This document shows positions 39,134-53,163 of a stretch of 64,000 nt of DNA, piece by piece. This DNA is from Eledone cirrhosa. Taxonomy: Eukaryota. Below the pieces are notes generated by a model. The model was not told the DNA's origin, did not search any database, and saw nothing but the letters and a program-made list of their open reading frames with translations. How positions within the stretch are numbered: the stretch's first letter is position 1; each line of letters begins with the position of its first letter. The position numbers were made by a program, and so were the translations under genes. The stretch lies in the NCBI GenBank assembly GCA_964016885.1, contig OZ024742.1, positions 43,648,001-43,712,000 of the forward strand. Reading direction: 5' to 3'.

Positions 39134-39136
<3 letters not shown>
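38794..39136 (+). mobile_element. Short non-coding HHR-bearing module in (TA)n
   Basis: ~340 bp of unique sequence bounded by pure (TA)n; contains HHR 38981-39098. Confidence 0.65.
38981..39098 (+). ncRNA. Hammerhead ribozyme with extended stem II
   Basis: TATT-CTGATGA-A-ATGACAGT...ACTGTTAT-A-GAAA-CACGT-GTC-AATA; GUC cleavage triplet, palindromic stem III. Confidence 0.75.
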
Positions 39137-39175
<39 letters not shown>

Positions 39176-40958
39176 TTTCTGAATTTGTTTAGCAAGATTC
39201 TTTATCTGAAAACACGTGTTGAAACCGCTATTGTTATACTTTGGGAGGGTCATGTTGCCAATAAGAAACACACGCACCAGTTGCTTTCACTTCAATTTAT
39301 TATAATAATTTTATAAATTTAGGAATTTATAAATTTAAAGAACAATTAGAAGACCCCCTTAACCCTGATAATGTACTCCCACTACGTTGATGATATAAAC
39401 ATCGTAGTTAAAACACCCCCACTAGAGAACAGTCAGGAATTAGAGAAAAACACAATGGAAAGCATCCAGCAAATAGCTAACTCCATCCACCAGAGTATTA
39501 GAGTTACTATAAACTACCCAAGTAAACACCCCAACCATCGATTACCTGTACTAGACACAGAGCTGGTTAGATACCATTAATAACAAAAAACAAATCCTCC
39601 ATTCCCATTATGCCAAACCCATGACTTCCAAATATCTGATCCACCGAAACTCAGCTGTTTCGGACCATACCAAAATCAACATACTGATTGCGGATTTGGT
39701 ACGGGTGATGAGAAATGTGTCCCGCATGTGCAACCCCGAAGAACTAGAGAGACACATACAACACTTCATCCACCGTATGCAGTTCTCTGGTTACAATCAG
39801 AGAGATAAAATCAGAGTGTATAGAGGAGCCAGAACCAAATGGGAAAAAATGGTAAATAATGACACAAATGGGACCTGCCCCTTGTATAGGAGCACATTTT
39901 GGAATAGAATAGAAAGAACTAGGAACAAGGCTAATAGAATAAACTCATGGTATGATAGCAATAAATACCAGAGTGTAATGTTCATCGATACAACCCCTAG
40001 AGGTGAATTAGCTTACAAATTTAGAAGGGCCCTAGATAAACATAAACTCAATATTAAGATAGTAGAAAGACCAGGTACCTCCGTAAAAACACTTATTAGC
40101 AAGACATACCCTTTTCAAAGACCTCCCTGTATAGATAAGAAATGTATAACCTGTAAATTAAACCCCCATATTAACTGTAAAACTAGAAATGTAGTATATA
40201 GCATAAGATGTACTGAAGGACAATGTAGAGATAAAAATATAGTGTACATAGGTGAGACAGCTCGTAGTATAGGGGAACGGATAAATGAACACTGGTGAGA
40301 CCTTCAAGATAGTAAAGAATCATCTGTACTTTACCAACATGCTAAAATAGAACATAAGGGTAAATTAGAGAACATAGAAATAAAAATAGAATCTACACAC
40401 AGAAAAGACGCAATGTTTAGACAAATCACAGAGGCAATAAACATAAATGAATTACAACCAAAATTAAATAGAAAACATGAGTGGAACAGCAACATCACAA
40501 CTTACAATTAAGGACAAAATGAAAACACACACGCACATAGAACAAACAACCAACCAGTAACATGTAAATAAACAAATAAATAAACGAATATAAACACACA
40601 CAGACACCCAGATGTAATACATGCGCAAACTAAGCACACAACACACACACAAAAAGATGGCGTAGGACAGAACAAAGGAGAGGCACAAAAAACAAAGAAA
40701 AGAATCCCCAGTCACTGAAGAGGTCACAGAATGTGTGACGAAAGAACTTTGACAATATATAAACAACCATCTGGTTGTGGAACCAACCAACCAACCGGAA
40801 ATTTATAAATTCATAAATTTATAAATTTATTATAATAAATTGAAGTGAAAGCAACTGGTGCGTTGTTTCTTATTGGCAACATGACCCTCCCAAAGTATAA
40901 CAATATCGGTTTCAACACACGTTTTCAGATAAAGAATCTTGCTAAACAAATTCAGAAA
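39176..40958 (+). mobile_element. Penelope-like element (Nematis-like), 5'-truncated, with ~160-bp inverted terminal repeats
   Basis: YVDD, LPVLD, MQFSGY, VVYSIRC..C..YIGETARSIGERINEH, then RQITEA, LNRKHEW. 39176-39336 is the inverse of 40799-40958. Clade call is tentative. Confidence 0.85.
40711..40753 (+). ncRNA. Minimal hammerhead ribozyme
   Basis: GTCA-CTGAAGA-G-GTCACA-gaatg-TGTGAC-GAAA-GAACTT-TGAC. Confidence 0.75.
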
Positions 40959-40981
40959 TGAAATATATATATATACATATA

Positions 40982-41385
40982 TCGGCGGTCATTATGATGC
41001 GAGGAGGGACAATTGCTGACACGAAAACTGACATCGGTAAGAGATTTTTTCTTATATCAATGTTTGACGGGCATCCACTGATGATTTATAAGTGCGCACC
41101 TGCATATGTTCTTACAGAAAAATGTGCAGGCTTCTACATAACCCGGACAAATTTTCCCAATTTGTAGAAAACTTATAATGAAACAATTGTTTGGAAAGGG
41201 AGATATATTTTAATTTTAATTCTATCTCATATAAAATAATACAACTGGCTTTCCGCAAAATACATATAGTTAGCACCCCAAACATAAAATTGGGATAATA
41301 CTAAGGTATATCCTAATGTTTGTTGAGTGAGATGCTAGCCAGTCAGAGTATAGCTTAAGGCTTTCTCTGTTAATGTATTGAATAG
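40982..41385 (+). mobile_element. Short non-coding HHR-bearing repeat in (TA)n
   Basis: Contains HHR 41074-41195; its 3' 190 bp recur inverted at 63813-64000. Confidence 0.75.
41074..41195 (+). ncRNA. Hammerhead ribozyme with branched stem II
   Basis: TCCA-CTGATGA-T-TTATAAG...CTTATAA-T-GAAA-CAATT-GTT-TGGA, with two internal hairpins (CCTGCATAT/ATGTGCAGG and TTCTACA/TGTAGAA). Confidence 0.75.
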
Positions 41386-41497
41386 TGTATATACATATAT
41401 ATATATACACATATACATATATATTTATATATATATATACATATACATATATACATATATATTTATATATATATATATACATATACACATATATATT

Positions 41498-41529
<32 letters not shown>

Positions 41530-41571
41530 TATATATATTTATATATATATATATATACATATATATTTATA

Positions 41572-41624
<53 letters not shown>

Positions 41625-41945
41625 ACATATATATTTATATATATACATATACAAATCATATATAAATGAGACACACGTGCATGCCCCACGTGTAACTAAC
41701 GCATAAAATAACTAAAATAACTACTACATCTGACTAACAAACTATCCTCTTGCATTATCTATGTTAACTGCCGATTGTATTTTAATTTTGCTTTGATTTT
41801 GTTTTAATATGATTTTGATTTTGTATTTGAATTGCTATACAGAAATATAATATAATATATGTCACTGTACATCAATATATACATATGTATCTGTATGTCT
41901 CTTGCGTTGGAAAAGAGGTCAATCATGTGTACAAACATTAAAAAA

Positions 41946-41992
41946 TGCTCCGAAAACTCCAAGCCTAGGTTTGGATGAAACAATTGTAAGTG
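41946..41992 (+). ncRNA. Decayed hammerhead motif in module 41665-42031
   Basis: TGCT-ccgaaaa-C-TCCAAGC-ctag-GTTTGGA-T-GAAA-CAATT-GTA-AGTG; the core differs from CTGAAGA at two positions. Confidence 0.45.
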
Positions 41993-42055
41993 AATAAATG
42001 CTTTGAACACAGCTTTGATTCTTGTGAATTCTATATACATATACATATATATTTA

Positions 42056-43998
42056 TCATCATCATCATCATCGTTTAACGTCCATGTTCCACGCTTGCAT
42101 GGGTTTGGATAGTGAACCAAGTCATACAGAATGGGGTTCTTCCGAAGGACTGGCGTAGCAGCATCATCATTAACTGCTACAAGGGTAAAGGAGACGCCCT
42201 AGATAGGAGTAACTATAGAGGCATTAAATTAATCGACCAGGTGATGAAGGTCACGGAAAAAGTAATAGCGCAACTAATCAGAGAGAGAATCGATCTAGAT
42301 GAAATGCAGTTCGGGTTTGTGTCAGGCAAAAGTACCACAGACGCTCTTTTCATTGTACGACAACTGCAGGAGAAGTACCTAGCTAAAAGTAAACCCCTAT
42401 ACTTAGCGTTCGTCGACTTGGAGAAAGCCTTCGACAGAGTCCCCCGTTCCATCGTCTGGTGGGCTCTTGGAAAACTAGGTGTTGATGAATGGCTTGTGAG
42501 AACTATACAAGCCATGTATAAAGAAACAGTCAGCAAGGTTAGAATTAACAATGAATATAGTGAAGAGTTTAGCATAAAAGTTGGTGTTCATCAGGGCTCT
42601 GTTCTTAGCCCCCTACTATTTATTATTGCCCTTCAGGCTATAACAGTGGAGTTCAAGACCGGCTGCCCATGGGAACTCCTATACGCAGATGATCTAACGC
42701 TCATAGCTGAATCAATGGCCGAGCTAGAGAAGAAATTCCAAACATGGAAGCACGGCCTAGAATCAAAAGACCTTAAAATTAACCTGGCTAAGACTAAAGT
42801 TCTAGTTTGTAGGAAGGAAAATAAGGCGCCGGTTCCTTCCGGGAAATGGCCATGCTCAGTGTGTAGGAAAGGCGTAGGTAGAAACTCCCTTTTATGTCCC
42901 AAATGCAAAGTATGGGTGCATAAAAGATGTAGTGGGATCACAGGTAAGTTAACTAAGAACATAGATTTTACATGTGGGCGGTGCTCTGGTGCAATAAGTA
43001 GCAGCAAGTGCCCACAAAATACTAGCTCTTTCAATTGCGCAGAGGGTTCTATAGAAATAGTGGACAGCTTCCATTACCTGGGTGACAAAATCAGCAGTGG
43101 GGGAGGGTGCTCTGAAAGTACAGTAGCTAGAGTCAGAACTGGATGGAAAAAGTTCAGAGAGCTTATACCACTATTAGCCACTAAAGGGTTCTCCCTAAAA
43201 ATGAAAGGCAGGCTGTATGATGCCTGCATACGAACAGCAATGTTGCATGGCAGTGAGACCTGGGCATTGTGTGCAGAGGATATACACAGACTAGAGAGGA
43301 ACGAAGCTTGCATGCTCCGCTGGATGTGTAATAGTAATATATGTGAACGGCAAAGCATAAACGAACTAAGGGAAAAATTAGAAATAAGAGGGATCAGATG
43401 TTGTTTACTTGAGAAGACTACGTAGGTTTGGTCACGTGATGCGCATGAAAAACGACAGCTGTATAAAAAAGTGCAGGGCAATAAAGATAGACGGTAGCCA
43501 CGGAGTAGGCAGACCCAGAAAAACCTGGGACGACCTGATAAATTCCGAGCTCACACACTTACACCTCTCCAAGACAATGTCACTGGACCGAGATCTTTGG
43601 CGGTACTCAGTAATAGAGAAGACCCGCCTTACCTAAATACAAAGTAAAACCTACTACAGTCAGTAGGCATCTCTAACAAAATACACCCCTTTCAATGTAA
43701 AGTTATGTTGGTGCCACAACATCCAGGCCGAAACAAATGAGATCATGTAGGTGTCACGACAAAAAAACACACAGTCCACGCTGTAATGTGGCCGTGTAGG
43801 CAACACGGTAAAAACCTCCCAGTCCCACACTGTAAATGTGGTTGGTGTTAGGAAGGGCATCCAGCTGTAGAAAACCCGCCAGATAGTCCTATGCGAGCAA
43901 GACAACCACTCTTGCCTCAAGTGGGAAAACCCCCGTCCAAACCCATGCAAGCGTGGAACACGGACGCTAAACCTGATGATGATGATGATGATGATGAT
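42056..43998 (+). mobile_element. RTE family B, 5'-truncated, with an inverted copy of its 3' tail at the 5' end
   Basis: ORF 42112-43425 (RT+PHD), 3' UTR, (GAT)n; 42056-42108 is the reverse complement of the family B terminus. Confidence 0.92.
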
Positions 43999-45240
<1,242 letters not shown>

Positions 45241-45244
45241 AAAA

Positions 45245-45348
45245 GCCCTGTTGATTAATAATTGTTTCTACTTCAGGCACAAGGCCAGCAATTATTCAGT
45301 GCATTACTGGTACTTTATTTTATCGACCCCGCCCTGTTGATTAATAAT
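45245..45348 (-). mobile_element. 5'-truncated Nin/Deu-like SINE with 18-bp TSD
   Basis: GCCCTGTTGATTAATAAT at 45245-45262 and 45331-45348. Confidence 0.88.
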
Positions 45349-45364
45349 GGTTATCATAACTTAC

Positions 45365-45453
45365 GTTTTCCACCGGCTTCATTGGGGGGAGACCTCTTGT
45401 GGTAAATGACACTTTTATCAGCATGTTCTAGATACTGTCGTTGTTCTTGCTAT
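45365..45453 (-). other. Candidate host exon
   Basis: Acceptor tttattacag (alternative tag 4 nt downstream) and donor GTAAGT; non-repetitive sequence. Confidence 0.35.
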
Positions 45454-45529
45454 CTGTAATAAATATATATTTGTTATATATTCTAGCAGAAAAACGACCC
45501 ATGGGGTGGTTTTTCTGCTAGCATGTGTG

Positions 45530-45595
<66 letters not shown>

Positions 45596-45801
45596 ACTGG
45601 GTAAAAAGTGATTCAAAAGTGAAATTAGGATGCAAACATTTATGGTAGTAAAACTTCGGTATCAGTCGCTCCCCTCTCTCGCTATACATATAGGTGTGTG
45701 TGTATGAATATATATGTATCTTTAAAGAAAGCTTGCTACATACATATACATGCCGAAAAGCTAGGCGTCGAGGTCGGGTTTATTTCTTCTTTTATACTCA
45801 C

Positions 45802-45946
45802 TCTGCTCATCCCCATGTATAGAATACAACCCTGATTTGTGGTCTTCACGGTCTCGGCACCGCAGAGTATTGACATGTATATGAATATCCGAATGACTTA
45901 AGATAATGGCGAAATTTGAAATGTGGTCGTCATACGACCGAGGCAC
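45802..45946 (-). other. Candidate host exon
   Basis: Acceptor cacacag, donor GTGAGT at 45801-45796; CpG-containing unique sequence. Confidence 0.35.
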
Positions 45947-46406
45947 CTGTGTGGTGAAGCATACTTTTTAGCCCCAAGTAGGCCTTCATCGAGTAGACCT
46001 ATGATCAACGAATTTCTTTTTCAAGCATTGTGCATCTAGGAGTACATTATTTAATGTTATCTTTTACTTTTAAGATCTAAGGCTGGGTTTGAGAAGTATA
46101 CGCCCTTTAATTCTCGCAAAGTCGAGTGATCACACAAAGACTTCTGAAATTATGTATAAACAGGTAGATCGAATGATCGATTTAGATAATTGCTATAAAC
46201 TATATTAATGAAATATTAAGCCGGAATTAACAACAACCGTTGTATAACATGCTCATCTAAACACTTACATAAGCGACGATAATTGAACAGTGTCTGTATG
46301 TGTATATACACACATACATATATATCTATAGTGTGTGTGCATATTATACACACACACATATATATGTATACATATATATGTATGTGTGTGTGTGTGTGTG
46401 TGCATG

Positions 46407-46442
<36 letters not shown>

Positions 46443-46566
46443 CACATTATACATACATATCAATAGAGACAAAGTATATGATATAATTCTGAAATGTCAT
46501 TTTATCAGAAAGGGACTAAACTACCAAACTTATATAACATAAGTATCGACTTATTTCGTTATTACT

Positions 46567-49500
46567 GTAATATTTAGGGTAGAGAGATGTGTATATGTGT
46601 TCAGTAGTGTAATGTTTAGGTTAGAGAGATGTGTGTATGTGTTCAGTAGTGTAATGTTTAGGTTAGAGAGATGTGTGTATATGTTCAGTAGTGTAATGTT
46701 TAGGTTAGAGAGATGTGTGTATGTGTTCAGTAGTGTAATGTTTAGGTTAGAGAGATGTGTGTATATGTTCAGTAGTGTAATGTTTAGGTTAGAGAGATGT
46801 GTGTATATGTTCAGTAGTGTAATGTTTAGGTTAGAGAGATGTGTGTATGTGTTCAGTACTGTAATGTTTAGGTTAGAGAGATGTGTGTATTTGTTCAGTA
46901 GTGTAATGTTTAGGTTAGAGAGATGTGTGTATGTGTTCAGTAGTGTAATGTTTAGGTTGGAGAGATGTATGTATGTATTCAGTAGTGTAATGTTTAGGAT
47001 AGAGAGATGTGTGTATCTGTTCAGTGGTGTAATGTTTAGGTTAGAGAGATGTGTGTATGTGTTCAGTAGTGTAATGTTTAGGTTAGAGAGATGTATGTAT
47101 GTATTCAGTAGTGTAATGTTTAGGATAGAGAGATGTGTGTATCTGTTCAGTGGTGTAATGTTTAGGTTAGAGAGATGTGTGTATGTGTTCAGTGGTGTAA
47201 TGTTTAGGTTAGAGAGATATGTGTATGTGTTCAGTAGTGTAATGTTTAGGGTAGAGAGATGTGTGTATGTGTTCAGTAGTGTAATGTTTAGGGTAGAGAG
47301 ATGTGTGTATGTGTTCAGTGGTGTAATGTTTAGGTTAGAGAGATGTGTGTATGTGTTCAGTAGTGTAATGTTTAGGTTAGAGAGATGTGTGTATATGTTC
47401 AGTAGTGTAATGTTTAGGGTAGAGAGATGTGTGTATGTGTTCAGTCGCGTAATGTTTAGTTTAGAGAGATGTGTGTATGTGTTCAGTAGTGTAATGTTTA
47501 GGGTAGAGAGATGTGTGTATGTGTTCAGTAGTGTCATGTTTAGGGTAGAGAGATGTGTGTATATGTTCAGTAGTGAAATGTTTAGGGTAGAGAGATGTGT
47601 GTATGTGTTCAGTAGTGTAATGTTTAGGGTAGAGAGATGTGTGTATATGTTCAGTAGTGTAATGTTTAGGGTAGAGAGATGTGTGTATGTGTTCAGTAGT
47701 GTAATGTTTAGGGTAGAGAGATGTGTGTATGTGTTCAGTGGTGTAATGTTTAGGTTAGAGATATGTGTGTGTGTTCAGTGGTGTAATGTTTAGGGTAGAG
47801 AGATGTGTGTGTGTGTTCAGTAGTGTAATGTTCAGGTTAGAGAGATGTGTGTATATGTTCAGTAGTGTAATGTTTAGGGTAGAGAGATGTGTGTATGTGT
47901 TCAGTGGTGTAATGTTTAGGGTAGAGAGATGTGTGTATGTGTTCAGTAGTGTAATGTTTAGGTTACAGAGATGTGTGTATGTGTTCAGTAGTGTAATGTT
48001 TAGGGTAGAGAGATGTGTGTATGTGTTCAGTAGTGTAATGTTTAGGGTAGAGAGATGTGTGTGTGTTCAGTGGTGTAATGTTTAGGGTAGAGAGATGTGT
48101 GTGTGTGTTCAGTAGTGTAATGTTCAGGTTAGAGAGATGTGTGTATATGTTCAGTAGTGTAATGTTTAGGGTAGAGAGATGTGTGTATGTGTTCAGTGGT
48201 GTAATGTTTAGGGTAGAGAGATGTGTGTATGTGTTCAGTAGTGTAATGTTTAGGTTACAGAGATGTGTGTATGTGTTCAGTAGTGTAATGTTTAGGGTAG
48301 AGAGGTGTGTGTATGTGTTCAGTAGTGTAATGTTTAGGTTACAGAGATGTGTGTATGTGTTCAGTGGTGTAATGTTTAGGTTACAGAGATGTGTGTATGT
48401 GTTCAGTGGTGTAATGTTTAGGGTAGAGAGGTGTGTGTATGTGTTCAGTAGTGTAATGTTTAGGTTAGAGAGATGTGTGTATGTGTTCAGTAGTGTAATG
48501 TTTAGGGTAGAGAGATGTGTGTATGTGTTCTGTAGTGTAATGTTTAGGTTAGAGAGATGTGTGTATGTGTTCAGTAGTGTAATGTTTAGGTTACAGAGAT
48601 GTGTGTATGTGTTCAGTGGTGTAATGTTTAGGGTAGAGAGGTGTGTGTATGTGTTCTGTAGTGTAATGTTTAGGTTAGAGAGGTGTGTGTATGTGTTCAG
48701 TAGTGTAATGTTTAGGTTAGAGAGATGTGTGTATGTGTTCAGTAGTGTAATGTTTAGGGTAGAGAGATGTGTGTATGTGTTCAGTAGTGTAATGTTTAGG
48801 TTAGAGAGATGTGTGTATGTGTTCAGTAGTGTAATGTTTAGGTTACAGAGATGTGTGTATGTGTTCAGTGGTGTAATGTTTAGGTTACAGAGATGTGTGT
48901 ATGTGTTCAGTGGTGTAATGTTTAGGGTAGAGAGGTGTGTGTATGTGTTCAGTAGTGTAATGTTTAGGTTAGAGAGATGTGTGTATGTGTTCAGTAGTGT
49001 AATGTTTAGGGTAGAGAGATGTGTGTATGTGTTCAGTAGTGTAATGTTTAGGTTAGAGAGATGTGTGTATGTGTTCAGTAGTGTAATGTTTAGGTTAGAG
49101 AGATGTGTGTATGTGTTCAGTAGTGTAATGTTTAGGGTAGAGAGATGTGTGTATGTGTTCAGTAGTGTAATGTTTAGGGTAGAGAGATGTGTGTATGTGT
49201 TCAGTAGTGTAATGTTTAGGTTAGAGAGATGTGTGTATGTGTTCAGTGGTGTAATGTTTAGGTTAGAGAGATGTGTGTATGTGTTCAGTAGTGTAATGTT
49301 TAGGGTAGAGAGATGTGTGTATGTGTTCAGTAGTGTAATGTTTAGGGTAGAGAGATGTGTGTATATGTTCTGTAGTGTAATGTTTAGGTTAGAGAGATGT
49401 GTGTATGTGTTCAGTAGTGTAATGTTTAGGGTAGAGAGATGTGTGTATATGTTCTGTAGTGTAATGTTTAGGGTAGAGAGATGTGTGTATGTGTTCAGTA

Positions 49501-51480
49501 GTGTAATGTTTAGGGTAGAGAGATGTGTGTATATGTTCTGTAGTGTAATGTTTAGGTTAGAGAGATGTGTGTATATGTTCAGTAGTTTAATGTTTAGGTT
49601 AGAGAGATGTGTGAATGTGTTCAGTAGTGTAATGTTTAGGGTAGAGAGATGTGTGTATGTGTTCAGTAGTGTAATGTTTAGGTTAGAGAGATGTGTGAAT
49701 GTGTTCAGTAGTGTAATGTTTAGGGTAGAGAGATGTCTGTATGTGTTCAGTAGTGTAATGTTTAGGTTAGAGAGATGTGTGTATATGTTCAGTAGTGTAA
49801 TGTTTAGGGTAGAGAGATGTGTGTATATGTTCAGTAGTGAAATGTTTAGGGTAGAGAGATGTGTGTATGTGTTCAGTAGTGTAATGTTTAGGTTACAGAG
49901 ATGTGTGTATGTGTTCAGTGGTGTAATGTTTAGGGTAGAGAGATGTGTGTATGTGTTCAGTAGTGTAATGTTTAGGGTAGAGAGATGTGTGTATATGTTC
50001 AGTACTGTAATGTTTAGGTTAGAGAGATGTGTGTATGTGTTCAGCAGTGTAATGTTTAGGTTACAGAGATGTGTGTATGTGTTCAGTAGTGTAATGTTTA
50101 GGTTAGAGAGATGTGTGTATATGTTCAGTAGTGTAATGTTTAGGGTAGAGAGATGTGTGTATGTGTTCAGTAGTGTAATGTTTAGGTTAGAGAGATGTGT
50201 GTATATGTTCAGTAGTGTAATGTTTAGGGTAGAGAGATGTGTGTATATGTTCAGTAGTGTAATGTTTAGGTTAGAGAGATGTGTGTATGTGTTCAGTAGT
50301 GTAATGTTTAGGGTAGAGAGATGTGTGTATGTGTTCAGTAGTGTAATGTTTAGGGTAGAGAGATGTGTGTATATGTTCAGTAGTGTAATGTTTAGGGTAG
50401 AGAGATGTGTGTATGTGTTCAGTAGTGTAATGTTTAGGTTAGAGAGATGTGTGTATGTGTTCAGTAGTGTAATGTTTAGGGTAGAGAGATGTGTGTATAT
50501 GTTCAGTAGTGTAATGTTTATGGTAGAGAGATGTGTGTATGTGTTCAGTAGTGTAATGTTTAGGTTACAGAGATGTGTGTATGTGTTCAGTAGTGTAATG
50601 TTTAGGTTAGAGAGATGTGTGTATGTGTTCAGTAGTGTAATGTTTATGGTAGAGAGATGTGTGTATGTGTTCAGTAGTGTAATGTTTAGGTTACAGAGAT
50701 GTGTGTATGTGTTCAGTAGTGTAATGTTTAGGTTAGAGAGATGTGTGTATGTGTTCAGTAGTGTAATGTTTAGGGTAGAGAGATGTGTGTATGTGTTCAG
50801 TAGTGTAATGTTTAGGTTAGAGAGATGTGTGTATGTGTTCAGTAGTGTAATGTTTAGGGTAGAGAGATGTGTGTATATGTTCAGTAGTGTAATGTTTAGG
50901 TTACAGAGATGTGTGTATGTGTTCAGTAGTGTAATGTTTAGGTTAGAGAGATGTGTGTATATGTTCAGTAGTGTAATGTTTAGGGTAGAGAGATGTGTGT
51001 ATGTGTTCAGTAGTGTAATGTTTAGGTTAGAGAGATGTGTGTATATGTTCAGTAGTGTAATGTTTAGGGTAGAGAGATGTGTGTATGTGTTCAGTAGTGT
51101 AATGTTTAGGTTAGAGAGATGTGTGTATATGTTCAGTAGTGTAATGTTTAGGGTAGAGAGATGTGTGTATGTCTTCAGTAGTGTAATGTTTAGGTTAGAG
51201 AGATGTGTGTATGTGTTCTGTAGTGTAATGTTTAGGTTACAGAGATGTGTGTATGTGTTCAGTAGTGTAATGTTTAGGTTAGAGAGATGTGTGTATGTGT
51301 TCAGTAGTGTAATGTTTAGGTTAGAGAGGTGTGTGTATATGTTCAGTAGTGTAATATTTAGGTTACAGACATGTGTGTATGTGTTCAGTAGTGTAATGTT
51401 TAGGTTAGAGTGATGTGTGTATGTGTTCAGTGGTGTAATGTTTAGGGTAGAGAGGTGTGTGTATATGTTCAGTAGTGTAA
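46567..51480. repeat. 42-bp tandem satellite, about 117 units
   Basis: Unit GTAATGTTTAGG(G/T)TAGAGAGATGTGTGTATGTGTTCAGTAGT. Confidence 0.98.
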
Positions 51481-51544
51481 CGATTGATGTTGTGTAATGT
51501 GTAGGTCAACACGTGTGGAGTAACAATGTAGAAGTGTAGTGGAG

Positions 51545-51647
51545 TACATATATACTCACACATACATATACACATATATATTTATATACATACATACACA
51601 TATATTAATACATCTACATCTACACACACACATATATACATACGTAC

Positions 51648-51708
<61 letters not shown>

Positions 51709-51788
51709 TATACACTCACACATACATATTAATACATATACATTTATATACACATATATACATATATATCGATATATATGTACACACT

Positions 51789-51830
<42 letters not shown>

Positions 51831-52140
51831 CATACACATATATATGCACTCACACACATACATATACATGTATACACACACACATATATTAATACATATA
51901 CATTTATACACACACACACACACATATATTTATACATAAACATTTACACACACATATATATATACATATATATCGATACATATGTATATATATATATATA
52001 TACACACACACGCATATATATATACACATATATATATACACACACACGCATATATATATATATATATATGCACTCACACACACACGCACATAAATATATA
52101 TACATACACAGATCGCACACTCACACATACATATATTATA
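51545..52140. repeat. (TA)n/(CA)n microsatellite mosaic
   Basis: Direct inspection. Confidence 0.9.
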
Positions 52141-52382
52141 CATTGTCCTGTGTAAAGTATAATGTAGTGTGATTGTGTAAGTGAAATGCAATCGTATTAC
52201 ACATATATATTATGTATGTATGTATATAGTTCGGTGGAGCGAACTAAACGTGAGGAAAAGTACACAGGTGTGGAAGTGTATAACTTGGAATGGTTCCAAT
52301 ATTTCTTATTCTTCAGTAGGATGTTTTATTAATTTATGCTTTGAGGCATCAAATCTTTACTTGTTTCTGGAGTTTGTAAATA

Positions 52383-52417
<35 letters not shown>

Positions 52418-53163
52418 GAGCCCATTATAACCTCTTATATATATATTTATATATATATACTAGTTGAGCTACCCGGATATTTTATGCCCATTATTTTATG
52501 AAAGTTACAATATATTTGGCGCACATTACATTGAAATATGATTGCTGAATTTTAACCAAAGTAGGAATTATAGCAGAATATCTATTGCCGTTTGGTCAAA
52601 GTAAATCATCTCGATAAAAATATAAGTTTTTTCCAGTGGTGATTTTTTTGAATACTGCTCTCTATTACAGTCAGCATATATAATTCTTTACTCATAGATG
52701 AATCATTAGGTATGTTGTCAGGGCATGACCCAAAAAATACATTTAGATTTTTTTATTTATCCTTTTCTTTCTTTTTCTATTTCTATTAGCTATAGCAACA
52801 GTTATAGTGGCTCACATACATACACAGATACATACACACACATGTATGTTTGTGATTTGAAATGGATTTTGCTAATATTTCTAGTAGATCGAGTTATCAC
52901 ATAAAACCATTCCTTTTTGCTTCATACATATATACATACCTGAGAAAGTAAGGTGGGATTTGAAAGAAATTTGGTTGTTATTTCTACCCAACAAAGTCCT
53001 CACTTATACTACTTTATATAACAGAGGTACCCGGGAATGCCTGCATATTCTTCCAAAGTAACACCATGCGGTAAATTTACGGCTTCAGAATTCCTTGCAA
53101 ACTACATGACTAAGGAATTAGGATCTGTGTGTATTGTCATTGAATGAGGAATTACGAGATTGC

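Noticed and set aside
46551-51413. 1118-aa and other ORFs with 14-aa periodicity (LRR-like on the minus strand)
   Set aside because: The 42-bp unit is a multiple of 3 and lacks stops in some frames; there are no flanking domains and 2-bp deletions break the frame.
46567-51480. CRISPR array
   Set aside because: Units are contiguous with no unique spacers, there are no cas genes, and the context is eukaryotic.
52230-52385. CTGAAGA on the minus strand in a TA-flanked segment
   Set aside because: No convincing stem II or stem I pairing.
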